Below, in pieces: positions 51,857 through 64,000 of a DNA stretch of 64,000 nucleotides. Numbering within the stretch: position 1 is the stretch's first letter; each line of letters begins with the position of its first letter. Source of the stretch: Anolis carolinensis (Eukaryota); the NCBI RefSeq assembly GCF_035594765.1, contig NC_085845.1, forward strand, positions 193,022,897-193,086,896, read 5' to 3'. A program made the translations under genes and the position numbers. The notes under the pieces were generated by a model. It had not been told where the DNA came from and ran no database searches. It saw nothing but the letters and a program-made list of their open reading frames with translations.

Positions 51857-52767
51857 TGACACATACTATCCTGGTATCGGCACTGAAGTACCTGCTGTCT
51901 GAATATCTTCTCAGTTATGGTTCATGTTCAGACTATGCAAAACCATCATTTAATGCTACAAAGAGTGATATACAATTAGCCCCAGGCTCATGCTTCCTCT
52001 TCCAAAACAGTTGTGTAGACAACAAATTCTGTTTCTATTTTACTTTCGCTGTAGCTTATAGTGTGTCATCCAAGCCCTAACCTGTGGTTAATCTTAACTG
52101 TTGTGCATCAAAACAGGCCAGCTTCATCATTCAAGATTTGATGTTTGCTTGTCTTATCCAACGGTTGTTAAGATTAGTCATGGTTTGTCCAAGTTTTCAT
52201 GTCACAACAAGCTGTGATTAAAAGTTTTCAGACCTACCTCTTGGCCATGGAAGAGAAAGAGAGGAAAGGGAGCTATTTGGACTGAGGTTTCTCTAAAGTA
52301 GTTTTTTTTTTCAGGCTGGCAATTACTTTTTCCCAATGTACTAAAGACCAGTGCCATATTAGTTCCTATTGGCTACAATTGTTTCTTTCCTTCTTGGAAA
52401 CTCTCCAGTGGCTGGCAGCCTAAGGCTTGTGGGACTCGTCCTATTCCAGGAATCATCACTTTGAGTCTTACTCCCTGTAACATCAAGCCATGCTTTAACG
52501 TGAAAATTAATCTACAGTCTCATTCAGAGCTTGGAAGTCTTTTAGATTACAACTCCTGGTCAAGATGTTGAGAGAGCTGGATGTGCTGGCTTTTTGAGAT
52601 GTAATCTTTCCAAACCATGAGTATAGAGATGTATTTATGAGGAGCCCCAGGGAATACTAGGAGCTGGTGTAGTCAAAATTAAAGCACAACAGAATTCTTA
52701 TATCCTGTAAAAACCCATCCCACAAAAGAAATGGCAAGGAGTTAAAATGACGTGGTATGCCTTATGA

Positions 52768-52902
52768 CAGTGGTTCTCAACCTGGGGTCCCCAGATGTTT
52801 TTGGCCTTCAGTTCCCAGAAATTCAAACAGCTGGTAAACTGGCTGGGATTTCTGGGAGTTGTTGGCCAAAAATATCTGGGGAACCCAGGTTGAGAACTAC
52901 TG
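52768..52902. mobile_element. hAT MITE (22272 family)
   Basis: Perfect 8-bp TSD CCTTATGA at 52760-52767 and 52903-52910. Confidence 0.94.
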
Positions 52903-55900
52903 CCTTATGACATCATTAAATGACTACAGACTTGGTATTTTTCTTCCTCAGTGAAGTATTCTTGCCATCTTTAGGTGTTTATATTTTTCTAACCTGCTTT
53001 TCCTGATTATGATCTATATCAAAAAGTTGTTGTCATCGTCATCTCCTCCTCCTTCTCCCATGGATAGGGAGCTTTCTGGGGAATGTGATCATATCTCAAG
53101 GTTCTTGTATGAACTGGATTTAGACCAGGACCTAAATTCAACTGTTATTCTCAACTAGTGGAAAGCAACTGAATCACTGGAAACTTAGTAAATCAGAGAC
53201 AATAATTCAATATTGCTTTTGTAGGAACTTCATAGTGGAATTTAGATCAGAAAAGTTCATGATGAGAAAAGTATTTGTGAAAAGTTTTAATAGACTCTCC
53301 ATGGGTTCTAGTCAGTCCTATATACTGCTGAACAATTGGATATCTTGAGGCTTTTGTTTGGCTTGGTTATTATTTGGAGTAGATCCTGTGACATTTTGAT
53401 AACCTCTTTGCTTTTCAATAAGAAGCTGCTGTTGCGTATTGTTCATCTCACTATTTCCTTATTCTTGATTTTGTGGACACGTAGATAGTAAGGCAAATGT
53501 TGTGAGAGGAGCCGACATTATACTGTTGTGAGAAAACTCCATGGTAGTTGTGAGAAAATGAGTTTAGAGAAACTGCAGTCCCATTACAATGGATGATGGA
53601 TTGTGAATTAAATAAAAATAGAACTGTAAATAGTTTAGCATTTTTCACACCATTGTTAACAGCAGCCCAGCTCCATCCCTTGTAGAGTTTGGCTGGAATC
53701 CAACTATATCTGTCAGCTGTATGGACCATCTCATTTTGTTCTGCGAAAACTAATCACCATGGTGACAGGAGCAATGGCAACTGCTTCCTGCCCACTTCCC
53801 CTTGGGTTATTAATGTTGTCAAAATTGTTGGGGAAAAGTTCTTGGTGTTAACAATGGAGCAAGGTTTGACGAGAGGGGATGTCAAGTGCTATAGAGTTTA
53901 GCTTCAGCGGCTTACATGAATGGGTGAATGGTAGGAAGGTAAACCGTGTAAAACAAAAAAACTCCAAAGAAACATGGAATATTGACATGCTGACTCTCTC
54001 CAAATGTATGCAGAAAAGAGCATACCACATACCTTTTATGATAAAATGAATATCTGTACTTATTTGGACAGATTAAAAATTTCCTGCAGTTTGAAGATGG
54101 ATGCTGTCATCATGTCATCGGAAGCACTGTGGCTTGAGTGAGGTTGCAAAGAATTGTGTGTTCTTAGTTTCTCCTTTGTCTTCCTTTTTAGAGACTCTGA
54201 ACCTACAAGCAGGAACTTTTCCATTCTATTCAATGGCAATTGAATTCTTGGTGCTCTGATTCATTTTCAGTGCCTACTATTATGCTGATCATAACAGGAG
54301 GAGGAGAAAAACTGATGGATCCAAAGCTTGGATGGTCATTCACATGTTGGTCTTTAAGACACTACTTAACTCTAACATAGAGGAGTCTATGTAGAAGGAA
54401 GGAAGACAAGAAGGAGAAATAAAAAGGATAATATTCTCACGAAGTCTTCCACCAATATGGTGGTTACTATGTCAAAGGCCTGGACAGACATCCAAAAACC
54501 TGCCTTTCATTTGTTAAAATGGGAGAGTTTTTTTGGTGGACATAGGCGAGGGAGGTTGCAAATCCTTGCCATTTTAGCTTGGGGATACTGGGAACTACAA
54601 TCAAAGAAAGGATTCCTCCCCCAAGCTTTTTTGTTTCTGCTGTTAAGTTCTTTAAAAAAAAAGTCAGATCTCCAACTGTGATATTCTACATTATCTATTT
54701 GAGAAGACAAAAAAAATAGCTTCCACCTGAGATAGTATTTGAGGTGCACCAAAATTTGCAGAGAAGCTAGTTAAGAGGGACCTGAAAAATATAGTGTTCT
54801 CTGCCTTGTACCCACAGGCTTGTGTGATGTGATTGCAAATTAGTCTGTTCCTATTGAACGAAGCCCACAATAAGAGTCTGCTGGAAAACAACTGCTTTGT
54901 TTAATGCCCATTTATCCTCAGTCCCTTCCTTCTTCCCTTCCCCCATTATTTTCTCCTTTTCTTCTCCCGCTCCCCAACCCACCAATAAAGAGACATATTC
55001 AATAGATTGGAGCATTGTTGTTTGCTTTTAGACAGATATTGTGGCCTCAGCATTAAGACTGATTTCATAGTTTTGACTGGGAAGGACCTTCTGGAGATGA
55101 TGTCCATGTCATGTCTCTTGAGTAGTCGATGGGGGAGGCAAATTGCAATGGGGGAGGGATGGGAGTCGGTTGTGAAAATGCTGTGTTGAGTGGGAGGCCA
55201 TGCATATGCCAGAGACTCCATTAAGTAAAGGTTACAGTTAGACATAAGAATGGTAACAGAGCTTATGCATTATCTCAGCTCTGCTGAAATGAAAATGTAT
55301 AGCACAAACAAAAGACCTACAGCTTTGCGAAGAGATGAGGGACGAGGTATTGGGAGTACTACAAAACATGGGGGCTTTTAAACAAATGCATGCAGCAGGA
55401 AAATCTTTTCTTCCCTCCAGCTATTGTTCTATTGTCTTTCAAAGGCCATTAAAATGAACAGCAGGTTGTGATGAAAATTTCATTAAGCTCTAGTTAAATC
55501 ATTATGAGGGTGCCATATTCAAGCTTCAGCTCTTTTCCCCATTGAGGAGGCAGGAGACAAACAAACGAATTGACAATGAGGGGGATTTTATCCTACCTCC
55601 CCAAATCAAACAACAACAACAATAATAATGAAAGTTGAAATGTTGGAAGACTGGAGTAAATGGAGTATGCCACAAAAAGAGAGCTTATTGGTGCACCTGC
55701 TCAGAAGGCGGGGGATGAAGATTGAGACCAAAAAGAGATGATTAAAAGGGTCTGTATTAGCATTATAAGGTGCTTCTTTCCTCAGACTGATTTTTTTCCC
55801 CAAAGAAAGTGACTAATTTTTGAAAATCTATTTTTTTTCAAAGCAGCAAAGAGTTGTTACTTTGAAAATGGTGTCTGAGAAATGGGAGAGAAAGTGAACA

Positions 55901-57054
55901 AAGTTGCTTGTTGCGAAAGTTACCTTTACTAGCAATTAAAATTATCAGAAAGGTGTATGGGGGATTACTTGATTAAAAAAAGGGAACAGCTAAACAGTTT
56001 AGTTATCAGTTGCATTGACAAATGATTGGAAGTCAGGACTTAGTTTTATAAGCATCTCCTTTTATTGACTTCTATGTGGCTAGAAAACCCTTAGTACTGT
56101 AGTCAAATGTTTGCAATTTGATGCACAAATATCATATATTTCTGAAATGTGTACTATTGTGTTTTATTTTCCCTTTTCTCAGAAGATATAAGAAAGGGAG
56201 AACTGATTCCCTGGAGTGCAACCAACCCTCCAATTGGAGCTGTCTAGAAGTCAGGCTTAAAAGTTGAAGTTCCTCCTCTAGTATCTAGAGTCTTTCTTCC
56301 ATCAGCAGCCACTACTATGGCATGAGAACGAAAAAACTACAAAATATAATGATCACCAACCCATTTTTCTAAGGAAAAGGAGGGAATAATGAAATGTAGG
56401 CTTACCCATTTTTGTAGCAACCCTATTATCTGAATCACATCTAGTTCTGTCCTAAACCTGAACATTAAAATGTAAATTTCTTTGCCATTCCAGAAACCAC
56501 ATATTTATACATTAGCTCAGAGTATAGTTTTTCTTCAACATGTCTTGACGTCCAAATACTATAATTTTCAATATTTGAAAGCTCAAACTATGCTAACAAA
56601 GTTGTACCCAATTAAGAAAGTAGTATTTTACCAACCAAAGAAGTGTGCTGACAGGATGTGCTTCAATATTATGTGCAATACACAGACAAAACAGCAAACC
56701 CTTTTCACCCGATCAGGAAAATGCATCTAGCTGGAAGATACAATGTTCTTTCATGGTTAATTTTGAACCAAACACATGTGGATTCCTCTTCGTCCTCAGC
56801 CATATATTCCTATGAACATTGTATGCTGTCTTATAACAAGTCAAACTCTTGGCCCATCTGTCTACCATTAATGTCTTTCAGGAGTCTAGAACAGCAGCTC
56901 TTTCCAATTCCTGCTATCTCATATTTAACTGATTGTGGCAGAGATTGAATTGGGGATTTTCTATATCCATAGTATCTTCTCTTATAGTGGCCTTTTTTCT
57001 TATTCATATGATGACCCTGGGTAAGTCTTGACCTATGGCATGTTGACCAATAGC

Positions 57055-57056
<2 letters not shown>

Positions 57057-57086
<30 letters not shown>
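57057..57086. repeat. (AC)15 microsatellite
   Basis: Read directly. Confidence 0.95.
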
Positions 57087-57089
<3 letters not shown>

Positions 57090-57125
57090 CATTGCTTGAA
57101 AAATTGAAGAAGACAGAGTTTAGAG

Positions 57126-57166
57126 CAGACATGGGCAAAAAAGACAAAAAAGTTTGCCCATACCTG
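57126..57166. mobile_element. 41-bp TIR-only hAT element
   Basis: CAGACATGGGCAAA ... TTTGCCCATACCTG (12/14 inverted match); perfect TSD GTTTAGAG at 57118-57125 and 57167-57174. Confidence 0.85.
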
Positions 57167-57962
57167 GTTTAGAGGGATTGCTAACAGCACCTAAAGTGGA
57201 AAACTTTGCATATGTGAATTGCTCAGATTAGAAAGTTTTCCCAGGCTTTATTACAGGAACTCTACTGCTTCTCTCTTTCTCCCTCCTCGTGGAAATGTTG
57301 ATTAGCATTTCCACCAGGATACAGATTCTTGACCAACTATGGTTTGTTGCTGTTTCTGTATATAGCAAATAATGGTCAACACAAACCATTATACTATTAT
57401 TTGAAGGCATGTGAATGTGCACTTTGATTCTACTCTTCCTCTCACATTTAATGTTCACTTCAGCATTTCCAAGCTGAAAAATAATAGTATGATTACCAGG
57501 CCAGGATTGCAAACCATTGTTGAATCCTAAATTATAGTTTAGATTATAAATTTTCAGATTGGTGGCACTTAGTTTATTCATGTATTGAGGCATGGTGAAT
57601 CTGTTCTGGGTTTTATTCAAGGATTGAAATGAATCCACAATATGTTTGACATCTTGGATATCACTTTGAAATTTGGAATAAAACCCAGAATTGATTTCTT
57701 TAGAAGGATTATCTACCTATATTCAGAAGTGATAGAGGATGTGGAGGAGACCAAGGATGTAGAGGTTAGCTGAAGAGAGCTCTTTTTCTTGAAACAAACT
57801 GCCTGAGTCTCCCATCCCAATCCCCAAACAGAGCAAAGTTTTCTGCTGGGAAAGACACATTCAAATTTCTTGCAGATGTGTTGTCGAAGGCTTTCATGGC
57901 CGGGATAACTGGATTGCTGTGAGTTTTCCAGGCTGTATGGCCATGTTCCTGAAGCATTCTCT

Positions 57963-58003
57963 CTTGATATTTCACCCATATCTATGGCAGGCATCCTCAG
58001 AGG
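57963..58003 (-). ncRNA. Minimal type I hammerhead ribozyme motif (Penelope-borne, mutated)
   Basis: Minus strand cct-CTGAGGA-tgcctgccatagatatgggt-GAAA-t-ATC-aag: core boxes, helix II and NUH triplet present; one mismatch in helix I. Confidence 0.65.
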
Positions 58004-58153
58004 TTGTGAGGTATACTGGAAACTAGGCAAGGGGGTTATATATATCTGTGGAAGGTCCAGGGTGGCAGAAAGAACTCTTGTCTGTTGGAGACAAGTGTGA
58101 ATGTTGTAATTAATCATCTTGAATAGCATTTAATGGCTTTGCAACTTCAAGGC

Positions 58154-58192
58154 CTGAGGATGAATGTCATAGATGTGGGTGAAACGTCAGGA
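58154..58192 (+). ncRNA. Minimal hammerhead ribozyme motif, sense to SOX5, helix I/II damaged
   Basis: CTGAGGA (58154-58160)-tgaatgtcatagatgtgggt-GAAACGTC (58181-58188)-agga. Confidence 0.55.
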
Positions 58193-59376
58193 GAGAATGC
58201 TTCTGGAACATGGCCATACAGCCTGGAAAACTCACAGCAATCCAGTTTCTTGCAGATGTTTCACTTCAGTTCTCCTTCATCCTGTTTTCCAAATGTCTTC
58301 TCTCTGCTGTTTTGTTAGTTCTCATGATAATCTAATCTCCACACACATTGTTGCATCCCACCACCCTTTCCCGTATCTTTTGCTTTCACTGTTAGGTTCC
58401 TACTTAATGCAAATAGTACAAATCTGAGCCATTTCATCCAATTGTTATTTTGTTGTTGTCATTTTTTTGCAGATACAGAATATGGGGAGTTTGACATTAC
58501 TGTTGGGTTGAACATCAATGCTGTTTTAGCATTCAAGCCCCCAAAGGCATAACTATATTGCTGAAGTCAACCCCTGTTATACTATATGATACAGTCTCTC
58601 TTTTCTAGCGTAAATTCCATGAGAAGAAGAGTCAGTTCTTTTCTATTTCTGGTGTACAATAATAGAGATAATGGAGTGGGTTTGGAAAAGTCTTATTGAC
58701 TGTGACAGACCTCCCACCCTTACTCCAAGGGATGCTGGTTAACCATGGTATTTTTCTTGCAGCACAAATCATTAGTGGAATGACATACACTGATTTTTCT
58801 TCTATTCTATTTATTTTTTTAAGGTAGTGAAGGATGGCACAGGACTTCTGTGTTGTCTTCTAGCCCTGGGTGGAATGCTGAGCATGAATGAAGTTCATAA
58901 AAGCCAAGTTTCCAAATAATAACCCCCTCTTTTTTCCTTCTTGAATTTCTCTTTTGATTCTTAATTCAATCAGAGGACATGATTTAACTGTGCAGCCACT
59001 GAATTCTCTATAGAAATAATGAAATCATGTTCAGCAGGAATGTTCAACATTTATTATTTAACCTTTACAAATGTTTATGTACAGTGGGATCTCAGTATCC
59101 ACTGGGGTTTCGATTTAGCACTCCATGGGTGATCAAGTCTAATGATATACAATGGCATCCCATATATACAATGGTGAACAGCAAGGATTTTCCTGCCAAA
59201 TATTTTCATGGATGCAAAACGCATGTTAGTACCTCTCTCTATTTGTATTCCTCCTGTGGAATGGGTCATATCAAAATCCATGATTTTGCCGCCCAAAGAC
59301 TACCATTGATTTATACATGAGATCAAATTATTCTATTATTCTATTGTTCTACATGGTCAACTTTCACAAGAGTATA

Positions 59377-59776
59377 CAAACAGTCTCCAAGTTAAAAACA
59401 AGAAAAGTTTTGTAGGTTTGTTTTTAAATTGAATTTGTTCTTAAGTCGGAACATGTACATTTCTTAAGTGTGACTCCCATGTGTGTGTGTGTGTGTGTGT
59501 GTGTTAACACCCTTGTTGTGTTTGTTTTGCTACCAGAGCCTTTGTTCAGAAGATTTCAGCTCACTTTCTGTCCCTGTGATAATTGGATTTTGAAAAATTT
59601 GGCTTGTTGTAGAAACAAGGATTAGTAATAAAGCTTCAGCTGAGACAAACTTTTCTCATAATAACTATTTCAGGAGTGAATTTTCCTTCCTAAGATTATA
59701 TTTCTCCTGTTGTTTCACATCCTTCTTAACTGAGAGTAGTTTGTAAGTTGGATGTTTGTAATTCAGGGACTGCCTG
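59377..59776. mobile_element. Tigger-like non-autonomous element containing (GT)n
   Basis: TA|caaacagtctccaagttaaaaac ... gtttgtaattcagggactgcctg|TA. Confidence 0.75.
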
Positions 59777-59935
59777 TACATGGTATTTTTTCTTTCTTTT
59801 CCTACATATGTAGTAATAAGTCAGTTTTTAAACAACCTCTAAACACTGTTCTCTGAACTGGGGTAAAGTATCAATTTCTGTGACCTTTCCCCAGTCTATT
59901 ACTGGGGGGAAATTCCCCATTGTTGTAGGGCCTAA

Positions 59936-60264
59936 GGAGCCCCAGATGGCACAGCGGGTTAAACCACTGAGCTGCTGAACTTGCTGACCAAAAGATCAGT
60001 GGTTCGAATCTAGGGAGCAGGGTGAGCTCCCACTATTAGCCTCAGCTTCTGCCAATCTAGCAGTTCAAAACATGCAAATGTGAGTAGATCAATAGGTACT
60101 GCTTTGGTGAGAAGGTAATGGCGCTCCATGCAGTCATGCCAGCCATAGGATCTAGGAGGCATCTAAGGACAATGCCGGCTCTTCGGCTTAGAAATGGAGA
60201 TGAGCACCATCCCCTAGAGTTGGACTCGACGAGATGTAACGTCCAGGGGAAACCTTTACCTTTA
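59936..60264 (+). mobile_element. Sauria SINE, full length, older
   Basis: ggagccccagatggcacagcggg...GGTTCGAATC...aaacctttacctttac. Confidence 0.94.
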
Positions 60265-60749
60265 CTTTATGACACATCCTCTACCACTAAACAATTCTGC
60301 ATCTGATATGGGCTCTTGATATGTGGATTTTGTCTTTGTTAGATGGCTCTGGAAAAAGCAGCAGTTTATAATTAATCTTTTGATATTGCAGCTTTCCTTC
60401 CTTCCTTGTTAAGGTGCTTAAAAATAGCATGAGAAAAGGAGGCATATAGAATTGCAGCAGACATATAGAATTGTAGCCTTTAAAATGCTCTTCAGACTGA
60501 TTTTATATGGCTTTCAGAAATGCTACAAATCTTCTGCCTTGTTATAACTAGCTTTAAGTGTATAATTATTTTCTGAATAGAGAAAAATTACTTGGGCATA
60601 TGCTTTTTATCTTACTGGTTTCTCCATAGCTTATTTCTAGTTGATATTTCATTTTTTAAAATCAGAATGCCTAAGGATCTCAGTTTTTAGAAGTTCTCAT
60701 GCAGGGTGTTTGTGTGTGAGAGATAGAGGCAGAGAGAGCACCATCTATC

Positions 60750-61418
60750 CAGATTGAACATCCCTTAATCAAAATGCTTAGGACCTGAATAGTTTTGAAT
60801 TTTAGATTTTTCTCTCTCCAGATTTTGGAATATGTGTATTGCTCATACATATATAATAAGGTTCCTTGGAGATGGGACCCAAGTGTAATTCATTTACATT
60901 CATTTGTGTTTCACATACACCTTATGTACTTATATTGAAGGTAATTTTATACACATTATTTTTTAGTAAATCTGTGCATGAAACAAAGTTTGTGTACATC
61001 AAACCGTCAAAAAGCAAAAGTGTTTCAGCCACCCATGGAGACAATTTTTAATTTTGGAGTGCAATGTTCCCTCACTTATTTTGGGGGTCACGTTCCAGGA
61101 CCACCCGCAATAAGTGAAAATCCGCAAAGTAGGGACATTATATTTATTTTAATATTTATACATTATTTTAGTAGTTATACACTATTTTAAGTCTTTATCA
61201 ATCAATCGTGTGTTGATAAATCGCCTCCTTCTGTTGCCGCTTGGGCTTCTTTTCTCTCCCTTTGCCTTCTCCTTCCTCCCTTCCTTAGGCTGTAAATTGT
61301 AATTTTTTATGATTTATAATAGTATTTTAGAGTTTATTGAAAAACCGCAAAACAACGAATCTAGAAAAAGTAGTGAAGGAACACTGTATTTAGATTTAGA
61401 CAAGGGATGCCCTACCTG
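60750..61418. mobile_element. Old Tigger-like element (host)
   Basis: Degenerate TIRs cagattgaacatccctt / aagggatgccctacctg + TA; interrupted by 61062-61386. Confidence 0.6.
61062..61386. mobile_element. Tc1/mariner MITE, nested
   Basis: caatgttccctcactt ... agtgaaggaacactg|TA; CpG-richer than its host. Confidence 0.75.
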
Positions 61419-61437
61419 TATAATAGCAAACTTTATT

Positions 61438-61594
61438 TGGTTGTTGTGTGTTTTCCAGGATGTATGGCCATGTTCCAGAAGTATTCTCATCTATGGGTGA
61501 AACATCAGAAGAGAATACTTCTGGAACATGGCCTTACAGCCCAGAAAACACACAACAACCCTGTGATTCCGGCCATGAAAGCCTTCGACAACAG
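61438..61594 (+). mobile_element. Penelope-like fold-back remnant
   Basis: ~50-bp inverted arms, ends gaaagccttcgacaaca; TSD AGCAAACTTTATT at 61425-61437 and 61595-61607. Confidence 0.86.
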
Positions 61595-64000
61595 AGCAAA
61601 CTTTATTGCCATATTGAATCTGGACCCATCTCATTGAAATATGAACTGTGCAAATCCCTTAATACTATCAAACTTTTTAATCACCATCTTTTGTTATGGA
61701 ATCAAGAGGTCTACGGCTTTGAGAAGCCACCGATGTTCGAAAGGCATTCATTAATGGCCACAACCAGAGAAGGCCCTTTGAAAACATTTTCTTTTTCTTT
61801 TTTAAGTGCTTCTGATGAGGTGAAGCAGAAGAAGGGAAAAGGGAGGATTTCTTTATATATATAAAAAATAGTGATCAGAACCTGGGGAAAAGCCCCAGGA
61901 TACTCTAATTGACTGTGGTTTGTTTGGTTCTTCACTCTCCTCTTTGACAAAGTATACACGAAAGAGGCTTTTGTAATGCTTTTTCTACTGAAGGGCAAAC
62001 AAGGGTACTTTGCAGTTGAGGGCTTTCAAGTTTGGCTGCCCCCACCCTCCTGCTGCTGGGAAGGATGCTTCCAAGGTACCACGGCAACATGTTCCTCTGT
62101 GCGCTTTATCCCCAGGAAAACAAAAACAGAACACACACACACACTACCACCAACAGCAACTGCAAAGCCATTCTTCTTGTAGAGGAAGGTGGCATGTCAC
62201 CTCAGCGCCCCTTTTTCAAAAGCACCGCCATATGGAGATGCACAAACATACAACCGATGATTAAAAAAGAATTGGGGGGAGAGAGAAGAGAAAAAGGAAG
62301 AAGCCGTACATGAAGCCCGGCTGTGTGAAAAGAAGCCCTTAAGTGCTGTGGTGGCGGAAATCTTTTGCTATCGAGAATTTGAGCGCTATAATAGATGGTT
62401 CGTATTTTTGAAGACTTGCCAGTTCTCCCTTCTTCAAAGTGTTTTGCTCATTTGTCACCTTCAGGAGTTTTCTCCCCACCTTCTAATAAGGTAATACTGA
62501 TAGTAAAAAGTTGATTTCAATTGATGGTAGGTACCCCCTCCCCCACCCACCCACACACTTTCGATATTGCTTAGAATCCTTTCCAAATCTCGCCTGCTTT
62601 GCATCCTCAAAGGTGGCATGCTTTGTAAGTTTCTGGTTTGGATGAAAGGCATCTAAGCACATTGGTACGGCATCTAGAAATGTAGAAGAAACTAAAGAGG
62701 AGGTCAAGTGAGAGTTTATAGTAAAAGTTTGCTTTTAGCTGAAAGGCTGCTGCTTTATTCTACCTCTTTTCTTCTGGTGTGATAGAAGGAAAGTGGGTTT
62801 CTTATCTTTCAGCTGTTAAAAATTAAGGCTGCTACTAAATTAAAGAAATTGTAGTCAACTGATCATATAAGTTTAGGCTATTAATCAACCAAACTTACAT
62901 CTGAGTAAAAAGTTAGATATATTTAGTTCCCTTAGGAATCAGTGTATTTAAGTTATGATGAGCTTTTCATGTATGGATTTCATTAAGACTCAAGTTCAGC
63001 TAAGTGGTCTGTATCTCACCAGTTAGGTCAGAAGTGAAAAACAAAAGAAAAGCTATGTCTGTCAGTAGAAAATGTACATATTTATGACATCGGGATGTGT
63101 GATAGAGGAAGCACCTTGGAGACTATCTGAGAAAATAAAGTTGGTAGCATAAACTTTTGTAGTGCATCTGTTATGTTGCATCTCAGGAAGTAGACCTAGT
63201 TAATGAAAGCTTATGTTATCAACATCTTTCTTTTAGTTAGCCTCTAAGGTGCTACAAGATCTTATTTGGATACTGATATTCCAGACTGACATGGCTCTGT
63301 CTTTGAAGTCTAATGACTTGTCCACAATGTTTTAAACTACATATGTAGTTTAAAAGACGTGAATATTGTTGAGAAATTAAAAAGAGAAATACCTAATTAT
63401 TAATACACATACCTCTTGCCTGCAGAGGCAACCCTTTCATTTCTTAGTATTACCTCAAAGACCCTCACCTAATACATGCTTCTCTACACTGAAGGGGTTT
63501 TTTCCCCAGATTTCCACCTTCATGACTGATCAATGTGGAATGCCAAGATCTGTGCAGGGAAGCTAGACTCCTCTTGATGTCTCCAGAATGATGAGAAAAG
63601 CTTCCCCAAAGGGGATACCCAGAGCATGTATCTGTTTCGCTTACAGAACTTGTTGTCATGCTTCAGGATAGCCATTACAAGATTAAATTACAAGCTCTGC
63701 ATTATAAATTACCACTGTTGATTGATGTATGTGTTCACATTTTGATTGCTATGTGTTCTGGTGACATCTTTGATGAGGACGTTGTTCACCCCAGTGTTTA
63801 GCTTACAGCATTCAGTGGCCTAGATTATATCACATGGCTTGGAGAGTGTTGGGAAGAGTGAAGTTTCTGCATGGAAGTTTCTGCTCAGCAATGTAAGAAG
63901 CACAGCTTGAGAAAGGTAGAAACAATGCTCAAAGTAGAACTTAAAGCAGTGGTGTTAGAAATAGTGATGTTAGAAAACAGAGCTTGCAACAGCAGTGTCA

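Larger units (their letters stand above)
57880..58245 (-). mobile_element. Penelope-like element 3' end with inverted partial pseudo-LTR
   Basis: Inverted arms ~57910-58000 / 58154-58245; TSD TTTCTTGCAGATGT at 57866-57879 and 58246-58259. Confidence 0.88.

Noticed and set aside
58795-58830. Recursive splice site (pyrimidine tract-AAG|GTAGTG; also CAG|GTAGGA at ~2347)
   Set aside because: Weak donor or missing pyrimidine tract; expected by chance in 64 kb.

Overview
Vertebrate genomic DNA, almost certainly a squamate and most likely Anolis carolinensis, judged from the Sauria SINE/Bov-B, L2-tailed SINE, Penelope and Tc1/hAT MITE repertoire. The window lies inside the SoxD gene SOX5 on the + strand. 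Two coding exons are visible. The first is the 3' part of the '[23 protein letters not shown]...NTM' exon (9778-9892), whose 5' part is lost in an assembly gap. The second is the complete 211-nt '[10 protein letters not shown]...[31 protein letters not shown]' exon (51578-51788). A 41.7-kb phase-0 intron separates them. The rest is intronic: about 50 transposon copies (many with readable target-site duplications, TSDs, and nesting), microsatellites, two N-gaps and several repeat-free, CpG- or homeobox-motif-rich blocks that may be enhancers. I see no new protein-coding system; most ORF-track entries are repeat-derived or chance. The most interesting signals are at RNA or mechanism level: three Penelope fold-back insertions whose junctions all fall in a minimal hammerhead ribozyme motif, a head-to-head Sauria SINE hairpin, subfamily-matched inverted MITE pairs, a 41-bp hAT consisting almost only of its terminal inverted repeats (TIRs), Bov-B nested antisense in an older RTE, and a possible in-frame 168-nt cassette exon. 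Repeat family names are from recall, not a database search; boundaries without TSDs are approximate.
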